From positions 1 to 37,092 of the forward strand of contig BQXS01012511.1 in assembly GCA_024181965.1 (NCBI GenBank): DNA of 37,092 nucleotides, written 5' to 3'. Both the position numbers and the translations under genes were made by a program. The notes below the pieces were generated by a model that made no database searches, was not told the origin of the DNA, and saw nothing but the letters and a program-made list of their open reading frames with translations. Position 1 is the stretch's first letter; each line of letters starts with the position of its first letter. Of this stretch, positions 1 to 8,716 are shown one piece after another. The DNA comes from Aduncisulcus paluster. Its lineage: Eukaryota.

Positions 1-1
1 T

Positions 2-685
2 GTCGGAAGATTCTTAAGAATCGCAAGGCTAGAACTGGGCAAGAACGTGGCCTGGAGTGAATGCCTTCCATACATACAATATCATATGAATAATACAGTT
101 CACAGAATTCTGGGTTGTTCTCCACATTTTGCGTTGTTTGGGTTTGTAAATGAGGCAAAAGGTAGAAGAGAAGCGTTGCATGTGTTAATGGAAAAGGATA
201 TAGCGTCAACAGAGACAGCAAAAGGTTTGAAACAATTTTTAAGAAAGATTCATCAAGAAATTATCTTCAGACAAGACATCATCCTCAAAAGAAGGAGGGT
301 AGATAAGGTAAAATATGAATTAGGACAGAGAGTCCTTGTTGTGAATGAAAACAAAAGGAAAATGGATGCGACAATGTTGGGACCATTTAAGATATCAAAG
401 AAGATAGATAAATTCCACTACGAGATCGAGATCACGAAGAAAGTGCACAAAGTTGTACATGTGAGTACCCTGAGAGAATTTTATGGGAACCAAGAAATAG
501 ACTTGGCAGAAAGGTTTGACGGTAGAATAATATCAATTATCGAACATAAAAAGACTGCAGATGGCATTCTATATTTGGTAGAATGGGCGATTGGTCGACA
601 AAAAGCGAAATCGTGGGAAAAAGTTGATGTCGTGGGAGGATTAGAAGTTTTCAAGAGTTATATCATTGAAAATAAGTTAGATTAA
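2..685 (+). mobile_element. Ty3/gypsy (chromovirus) LTR retrotransposon pol, 3' part: integrase C-terminal half, GPY/F motif and chromodomain; 5'-truncated by the window edge
   Basis: Frame is open from position 2 (VGRFLRIARLELGKNVAWSECLPYIQYHMNNTVHRILGCSPHFALFG), matching the integrase W-x-LP...N...H...G-x-SP...FG pattern. It is followed by MLGPFKI...VVHVSTL (GPY/F module) and a chromodomain IISIIEHK...YLVEW...SWE. Confidence 0.9.
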
Positions 686-1195
686 TATAATCTTATAAAT
701 ATTTTTTAATAGTTTTATATTTATTTTTTTAAAAAAGAGAGAGATAGGTAAGGACACCTGTTTACATCGAACTATTGAAGAAAAAGAGGGTAGTGTGGCA
801 ATAGAGCATTGCCGGAATAGCTANNNNNNNNNNNNNNNNNNNNGAGAGAATTTTATGGGAACCAAGAAATAGACTTGGCAGAAAGGTTTGACGGTAGAAT
901 AATATCAATTATCGAACATAAAAAGACTGCAGATGGCATTCTATATTTGGTAGAATGGGCGATTGGTCGACAAAAAGCGAAATCGTGGGAAAAAGTTGAT
1001 GTCGTGGGAGGATTAGAAGTTTTCAAGAGTTATATCATTGAAAATAAGTTAGATTAATATAATCTTATAAATATTTTTTAATAGTTTTATATTTATTTTT
1101 TTAAAAAAGAGAGAGATAGGTAAGGACACCTGTTTACATCGAACTATTGAAGAAAAAGAGGGTAGTGTGGCAATAGAGCATTGCCGGAATAGCTA
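472..1195. repeat. Assembly artefact: 352-bp exact duplication (472-823 = 844-1195) around a 20-N gap (824-843)
   Basis: Identical sequence lies on both sides of the gap. ORF 875..1057 is only the duplicated chromodomain. Confidence 0.9.
1150..1165 (+). mobile_element. Polypurine tract (PPT) of the retrotransposon
   Basis: AAGAAAAAGAGGGTAG lies downstream of the pol stop and immediately before TGTGG. An artefactual second copy is at 778-793. Confidence 0.75.
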
Positions 1196-1483
1196 TCAGG
1201 ATTATATATATGAGTAAATTGGCTTACGCTCAAGGATTAGTGTTGTTATCAACCACACTTGGAGCTTTCGAGCATTCAGAGCTAGCACACGAGGCTTATA
1301 CACGAGGTCATTGGAGACCTGAAACAATAAATTGCAACACAGAAGAGTCTTCGGAGGTTGGCTGAATCACAACGTAAGTCGTGTTATATTTGGCTAAAAT
1401 GCACTTTAACACATAATATTTCAATAATTCATTAAACTTCATCTTTTATCGAATTTGATAAGTAAAAGTTATTAATAGCGACA
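1166..1483 (+). mobile_element. Putative 3' LTR (~318 bp)
   Basis: Begins TG right after the PPT (TGTGGCAAT). The candidate end is ATAGCGACA, an imperfect inverted repeat (7/9) ending in CA, and there is a TATA-like TATATATA near 1203. The right boundary is uncertain because the 5' LTR is outside the window. Confidence 0.55.
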
Positions 1484-2292
1484 AGGTTGTGATGTGTTGA
1501 ATTCTTTGGAATTTACTCGATTCTATAACAAGGACCAGCAAAAAAACCCACCAAAATACTTCTAAAACAAGGTCTCAAAAGATGTCAAAGAAATAGAAAT
1601 TCCAGAAGCTGACATAAATAACAAATAACAATTCAAAATTTCCAGTAGTCAGAAAGTTAAATTTAAAAAAAATAAAAATAAAAACAAACAAAAAGAAAGA
1701 ATATAATACAAAAAACTTATAAAAAATAAAAACGAATTTCGTAGTTGAAATAGAAATATGAATCTCTTTTCTAAACTTTAGACCTCTTGAAGAGGAAGAA
1801 GAGAATATAAATATAATTATTTTTCAAGATGGACGAAAACCAGATCAACAATCAAGATAAATGAACGACTGTTGGGAAGAAAAAGGCATCATTAAAGGAA
1901 ATCATCTAAAGAAGAACTGAAAGGAATTGTAAAATAAAAAATATAAAAATGAAAATATGAAATTATCCGTCAAAAACAGAAGAAAATAAGAAAATAATCA
2001 ATGAAACACAGCATAATCCAGTCAAAATGATCAAGAACCAAAATGAAATTACGAATTGGATGTCAATTCAGTTATTTCAAAGAAAAAATAACCAAACTAC
2101 AAATGTAAATAATAAGATGAAAAGCTTCGATCGGTTTACAATATGGAAAGGATTATATATATATATATATATAAATAAATATAAATATTCACGACTGGAT
2201 ATAATCATAAAAGCATTCAAAAAATATAAAAAAAATGTAAAAACACAACCCTAGGATGGAACAGAAGCCATCACTGTGGAACGGAATTTGAA

Positions 2293-3997
2293 TCAAGGTA
2301 AGCAGATGGAGTCACTGGTCAATTTATGATCATTCCAAACCCTATCAAAAGAATAATCCTCACTTGCATTCTCAGGCTCAGAACTACCCATCCAAGAATA
2401 GGTCATCAACATGGCAAAGTACGTATCCCCATACCAAATTGTAGGATTTATGTAAGCAAAAGTTGTGTTGATAGTCAATGGAAACATGTTATAATCACCC
2501 CATTCATCTAGAGCATCAGAGTAGGTCAAATCGAGGAGCATCGAATGGAACAAAGAGGAGAGTTGAGTGTTCATCACTGAGCAGTTTGAGACTGTGACGG
2601 ACGCATCATACACACTGAACATCCAGATTAAACCAATTGTTTGAATATTATCATCCTTCATCTTGGGGGTCGGAATGGTGGCCAATGTGACATCGAGAGT
2701 GAATGTAACGGCATCAACATAATCACCAGAGTCGGAGTCAAGAACATGCCACACTGCATCGAACTCGAGTAACGTTCGCACAGCACCAGCCATCATGTCA
2801 CAGTTAGGCGTGGCGGGAAGAGAGAGGGAGAGGGAGATGGGGGAGTCTGGAGAGAGCTGTTGAATGTCAGAGGGCAGGTCAAATATGTCAAGCAGGGAGG
2901 ATAAGGTCACTGGGAATGGGAAGGTAGACGGAACATCATCAACAACAAGGGTGACATCGAACATGTTACGCTGGCGGTAAGTGTCGAACAATGAAGCAAC
3001 GACAAGGGGGCTAAACATCCTTTGATCATGATCTATTCAAGGAATATAAGGATAATAATAATAATAAAATAACGATAATGAACAATAAGGACAAAGGAAG
3101 TGAAAAAAATGGAAAAAATATAAATGCGTAAAACATACCATTAGTGACGATAAAAGGGAGATCGTCAGGATTTGGAGTTGTTGGAGGCACAAAGAACTCT
3201 GTATCAGTTCCATAATACAATCCGGAAGCTGGAAGATCGAGGATGTTATCCTGACAAATTCCATCGGTTGGTTGGCGAAGATCCACGGCTGTGGTATCAT
3301 CGATTGTGACACAGGTCGATGGAAGGAAGAGAGACTGGCAGATGGTGTTAATGGCATCGGCAAGGATGGCATTCATCGACGTTTCGATACTATATTGGAT
3401 AAACGGGGTAGCAACTTGAATAATCGTAGAAAGCATCTCAGAAGTACCGCGCAGATCGATTGAAAAGTTACCAAGAGAGAATTCAGCATCATCAAGCAAA
3501 ACGAAGGGGGCATCGTTTTTTGAAGTAATATGGGCTTCAGCCATGAAACTTGCATCGTTTGCTGTGATTTCTAGCTGTCCAGAATCAGAGCTATATGGCC
3601 ACGTTTGCAATTTATAACCGAAATTCAGAGATATTTGGAACTGAAAGTTATTGACGGTCACTTCAAGCTCGTTAGTCAAGAAATACGTCACAAGACTATC
3701 AATTTGCAACGTTTCAATTGCAATATTATCAAAATTGAGATTGACAACTCCAATTGGCGTGTCGATATCATCAATTGTGAATGAAGGAATATCTGTGCTC
3801 ATTACAGACGTTATAATCAGATCTTTTACGCCTTCAGCCATGACATTAAACCCTTCTTGTGTTATTGATTCCCTTGTAATTATGTATATAGGGAGATTGG
3901 AAGAATCAACGACTGTCGAAAAAAAACATAAAAATATAGAATAAAAAAACACCAAATTTAATAAAATTCCACATGAGTTTCCAAAACCGAATATCAT
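2293..3997 (-). CDS. LBP/BPI/CETP (TULIP) family lipid-binding protein; 2 exons (3997-3139, 3032-2293), intron 3138-3033
   Basis: Hydrophobic N-terminal signal, then a BPI N-domain pattern (ITQEGFNVMAE...DIPSF...F.NI.I..L) and a Pro-rich linker (PPTTPNPDDLP). Removing the 106-nt GTATGT...AATAG intron joins the two ORFs in frame (…IVTN-D-HDQRMFSP…), giving ~532 aa. The exact start is uncertain. Confidence 0.75.
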
Positions 3998-4597
3998 CCT
4001 TGACTTTCTCTTGCTATCTGACTCAAAACTGCAAAATCATCAATGAAAGTAAAAAAGGAAAATGACAAAAAAATATCCATATTTTTAAAGTATGAAAAAG
4101 ATATATCCAATTTTATTGATAAAAAATATGCAAAAACAACTCTATTAGACCGCCTAGACACGCCGTGAGCGGCGCTGTGTGATCGAAAAAAATAAGACTT
4201 TCCAAGATGAGTTAAGCCCAAAACGTTATCCCTGCCAATCGTGTTTGCTCCATTATTAGTGGTTGGAACACTCTTTCTGCTTCCTTCCGACACTCATCTT
4301 CACCTTCATAAAATACACTGAATTCTGTTCCACAGTGTGGATTCTTTAACGACGCTATTTTAAAAGATTTTTTCCGATTGAAAAATTCTGATAATAATTT
4401 TTATTTTGGATTGTATTCTATGAATCTTTCGATACAGAGATCTAGTGTTTTTGCAAAAGATTGCCAAAACCACCATGGTCCGACTACCTACAAGTAGGTT
4501 ATCAGTACCGATGCGAAAAAATAGTTAAAAATAGTCACCTCGAAAGGCAATAGCACAGTGGGTGAAAAATAAATGTTCATTGATCAAGGTCAAGAAT

Positions 4598-4861
4598 ATG
4601 GCAATAAGAACCACCAAAAGAAGCCTCCCGCCTGAAAAATGCGTTTTTTAGAAACGTCAGGTAGGGGAGAGATCTATCGGGAGTAACTCTCGAGGAGTTC
4701 AACTCCTGGAGTTGGAGGAACAATAATACTCTATAACCAGAATCGATCAAGAACTGTACAACTGTACGAGAATAAAAAAAAATGGATACCATGGCAAGAA
4801 GAACCACCAGAAGAAGCCTCCCGCCTGAAAAATGCGTTTTTTAGAAACGTCAGGTAGGGGA
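4598..4861 (+). repeat. 71-bp direct repeat (4598-4668 and 4791-4861, 2 mismatches), with a 16-bp third copy at 5129-5144
   Basis: ATGGCAA(T/G)AAGAACCACCA(A/G)AAGAAGCCTCCCGCCTGAAAAATGCGTTTTTTAGAAACGTCAGGTAGGGGA occurs twice and is not adjacent to a gap. Confidence 0.9.
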
Positions 4862-5272
4862 AACATCCACTAGGATCAAGGTCTCCATAATCAGAATGGA
4901 AATCCATTTTGGAACAAGAGCAGGGGCTTTTTCTTAGTTTACCTGAAATAACTCCCACCCGACCCTCCACAAAGAAGAAGAAGATCACATGGAGGGCAAA
5001 AAAAAAAGGAAAAAGATCTCGATGAGATTGAGATGACAAAAATAGTTGGCATGACCAACTGTAAACTGTTAGACTCTATCATATCAAAATCATAAATCGG
5101 TTTAATAAAATTATAATACATTACCAAGTTTAGAAACGTCAGGTTCATAGGTTTCCACAGTCTGTGGACCACAGACCATTCAGTGCATAGATCTATTTTT
5201 GTAGATCTACCATAATAGTAGACGGACGTCACGTCATATGCCAAAGACCCTGTTGGAAATGTTAGAAATTAT

Positions 5273-5787
5273 ATGCGAGTTGGAGAATCACGGGAAAAGA
5301 CTGCAGATAAGCATAGGGAGATTCGTAAGACCGTTGATGGAGAAATTGTCTCCCAATCACGTCCTACTGATGAGAAAAGGAAGCAAAATCCCACTGTCCC
5401 ACAATCTCCAGTTCATCAACCCACTAAAGATGTCACTCTGAGTGCTCAGCGGACTGCGACACCTTCCTCGGTGAAGGAAAGGGATAGATCTTCCTCTCAT
5501 TCCTCTGGAAGAAGCGTTGATCATCGTCCTCCAAAGGGTAGAGACGAGAGGTTTAGAAGCTCTAGCCGTGGCACGGCTGCCGTGCTGATATGATTCCACG
5601 AGCCCCCATTCCACTCGAAGAATCGTTTAATCTCTTCAAAGAGAAATTCAGTCAGGAGATGCCTTCTCTGAGTTGGTTTGTCTCCAAAGAACCCCCGATC
5701 GTTGAGCCCGTGCTTGAGAAGACTCCCTTAAATATTCTTCCACAATCGTTAGGTGATGGAAAAGAAATGACTGTGGTGTACAACTAA
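5273..5787 (+). pseudogene. Degenerate coding relic (Ser/Arg/Pro-rich, two overlapping frames), possibly mobile-element derived
   Basis: GC is elevated, and two protein-like ORFs (5273-5593 and 5590-5787) overlap with a frame change. No recognisable domain. Confidence 0.25.
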
Positions 5788-6347
5788 CTCCTGCTAACTT
5801 ACAGATACAACGATGAGTGGTGCATTTTGAATTTACACTGCATAATGCAGTCTGCATTTACACTTTCCTGGCTCTCCTCTGCCTGTATCATACAACATCA
5901 ACAGAGTTTTTTGTTTGCCTGAAATTGATTCTTTCCATTTTTGAGCTTGTTGGCTGGCCTGAGTGGTTGTGTTTTTGGATGGTTTTCTTCCTCTTGTTAT
6001 TAATAATTTATACTTTCCGAAAGTATTGGAGTGACTCCAATATTCTGGTAGTTATAGATTAATTGTGAAATATATGATAGATCTCAGAATAAACTCAATT
6101 TTATTAAGACCAATGTGTTGTTTATTTTGTTCTTAAGTATCTCTATACAAAGATATTATTGAACGTCAGATTCAGTAACCGAACGTCAGTTTCAAAGTTG
6201 TCTGGATCATGATGATTGAAAGATATTAAGACTATATTTATATATTAAAATGGTTTTTTATAGAAATTAATATTATTTACTATTTTCGACGTCAGTTTGA
6301 CGTCTAAGTCAGACCCTAGTGTTTTTTTGTCATACTGTATTATTTAG

Positions 6348-8047
6348 ATGTCTCAAATGATGATGCAGCCTGGGTATTTCCCCCAGCAAATTGTTCCTCC
6401 TCCTAAAAAGGAGGATAAGGCAATGCTGTCACAATGATTGTTGCCAATGCATTTGCTGTTGCAAATGTGGTCGTGAAGAGTGGGGTAAATGCTGTATCTG
6501 CAAATTTATCTTGAAGGTCGCCATTTGGCTTGTTATTTGTGCTGGTATTTTGGTTGGTATCCTTGCCATTTATGACTATGGTTATTTGTGCAAGCAAGAT
6601 AATCTGAAAAAGTCCAGCTTCGTCAACTTCGTTCAAAACGACGGTGTTACTACTTATGCTAACATGTATGATGGTACTACTGACATTGCTCTCTTAGATC
6701 AAACTGCTGGTGACATTTTTATTAGGACCCCTCAGGGTTCGCCTGCTACTGATTCTAAATACGAGGAAGAGAAAGACGCATTTGGCGCTTATGGTCCATA
6801 CACCCATTTGTTTGCTCGTCAGAGAGGTGACCTTGACCTTGAATACAAGACTGGAGACAAAAAGGCCAACGATTTCAAGGACAGAATCGATGAAGAATGG
6901 GTTAAGAAAAACACTACCATTGTCGATGGTCTGTGGGATGAGACAAACGGAGGTACCTCTGTCATTGAGCCCAAGGTTCCTTTCTTCACCAAGATTCTCG
7001 GTACTTGCCTTACTAAACGTGAGCACTACATTGTCCTTGACCTTACCGTTGCCCAGAAGAATTGGGTTGTCTACCCCAAGGCTGGATACCTCTATATGGC
7101 TCGTGTTATTTTCCAGAACTTGACTCTGGTCGATATCAACGCTATTCACCTGCAATCGATTGGTATTGAAGAAGGCGGTGCTNNNNNNNNNNNNNNNNNN
7201 NNCCAACGATTTCAAGGACAGAATCGATGAAGAATGGGTTAAGAAAAACACTACCATTGTCGATGGTCTGTGGGATGAGACAAACGGAGGTACCTCTGTC
7301 ATTGAGCCCAAGGTTCCTTTCTTCACCAAGATTCTCGGTACTTGCCTTACTAAACGTGAGCACTACATTGTCCTTGACCTTACCGTTGCCCAGAAGAATT
7401 GGGTTGTCTACCCCAAGGCTGGATACCTCTATATGGCTCGTGTTATTTTCCAGAACTTGACTCTGGTCGATATCAACGCTATTCACCTGCAATCGATTGG
7501 TATTGAAGAAGGCGGTGCTCTGATGATTGGAATGCTTGGAAACAGTTCTGTATACTTCCCCTTCTGCATGTCAGATACCGCTGATTGTACATTCTACGTT
7601 CAAGGTGCTGGAAATATTGATGTGTACCAGTTTGCAACCTTGAATGGTGCTCTTGCCAATGTATTCAACACCTATACATTCAACACAACTGCCAGAGCTA
7701 CCCTTACTTTCGAGGATGGATTCTTGGGAGATGGAGGATGTCTTTTTGCTGGAGATAACATTGATGTTGATGACTTTGAAGTTGACGCTGATGTCACCGG
7801 ATACTCTGTCATGTCTACCTACTACTTGTGTAAGGATGTTGCTGCTGCCGGTGATGGTCTTACAATTACAATCAATGCCAGCAAGAAGGTCACTGGTAAA
7901 GTTCAAATTGTTGCCTATGGTACTGGTGCTTTTACTGATGATGGTGTGGAGGACCAATTTGACATTTTCAACCCCGATATTATGGAGGCTGATTTCTTCA
8001 ATGACACTTGGAATGATCATGTCATTGATGTCAAACCAAAGGAATAA
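6348..8047 (+). CDS. Putative type II single-pass membrane/surface protein with a Cys-rich cytosolic tail (~453 aa after correcting the 1-nt frame break near 6420 and removing the gap duplication)
   Basis: ATG at 6348 gives MSQMMMQPGYFPQQIVPPPKKEDK. The +1 frame continues QCCHNDCCQCICCCKCG…, a TM segment (ILKVAIWLVICAGILVGILAIY) and an acidic, beta-rich ectodomain with N-x-T sequons. Joining 7182 to 7520 keeps the frame. Codon bias is strong (C/T-ending codons, AAG). Confidence 0.75.
6866..7519. repeat. Assembly artefact: 317-bp exact duplication (6866-7182 = 7203-7519) around a 20-N gap (7183-7202)
   Basis: Identical flanks; collapsing them restores a single reading frame. Confidence 0.9.
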
Positions 8048-8716
8048 TTTATTCGATTTTCGTTATTCATTTTTTTAGTTTGTTAATTTCAATACATCCA
8101 TAATTTATAACAATCTATCTCTGAGTTATGGATTTATTTGTTTTTATTTGAATCGTTTTGAAGGTTTATTCTTGAGTTTTTAGAAGAATTACTATTACTT
8201 CATCATTCTGTACCGAATTTCATTATACTGTACTATACTAAGTCTTCTTGTCATTTTTTCGTTCAAGAGAGACGCTTTTCATTGTAAAATGAAAATAAAA
8301 TTCCTGTTTTACATGTGTTTTGCATTTTGGGCAAGAATTTCCATTGGAAAATTTCCAATCCGGATTCAATGGAAAACGGCTCTGTTCACCTCTTAAATAT
8401 TTAATCCATGCGTCCATGGCCATATTTTCCAAATAACAAATGTCTTACCTGCTAATATCTTTTCATAGTCCAATCAATGGTTTCAAAGCTGAGATTTTCC
8501 TGTTTGAAAGGACTTCAAAATTTACTGTATGTCAAATATTCAATTTAGTGTACATTAAGATATATAATATATGATTTTATCCGATATTATTAACTGGTTG
8601 TTCTGTTTGGATGTTATTGCCGTTTTCTCAGACTATTCTCCTAGAAATTCGCATTCTTATAAGTTAACAAATCAATATTCTGCTCATTTAGTTTTGTATT
8701 GAAATTGATAAATCCA

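Noticed and set aside
1490-2254. A-rich, purine-skewed stretch with a short ORF (2027-2254)
   Set aside because: Frequent stops and no recognisable domain; at most a decayed relic.
4277-4291. Minus-strand GTCGGAAGGAAGCAG resembling SRP RNA helix 8
   Set aside because: The required upstream CAGG and the stem closing the tetraloop are missing.
4430-4440. CGATACAGAGA resembling the U6 snRNA ACAGAGA box
   Set aside because: It is not followed by the AGATTAGC catalytic triad region or the ISL.
8238-8452. 64-aa minus-strand ORF with CPKC, and a U1-like or donor-like CTTACCTG
   Set aside because: I could build no coherent spliced gene model, and no U1 stem-loop motifs follow.
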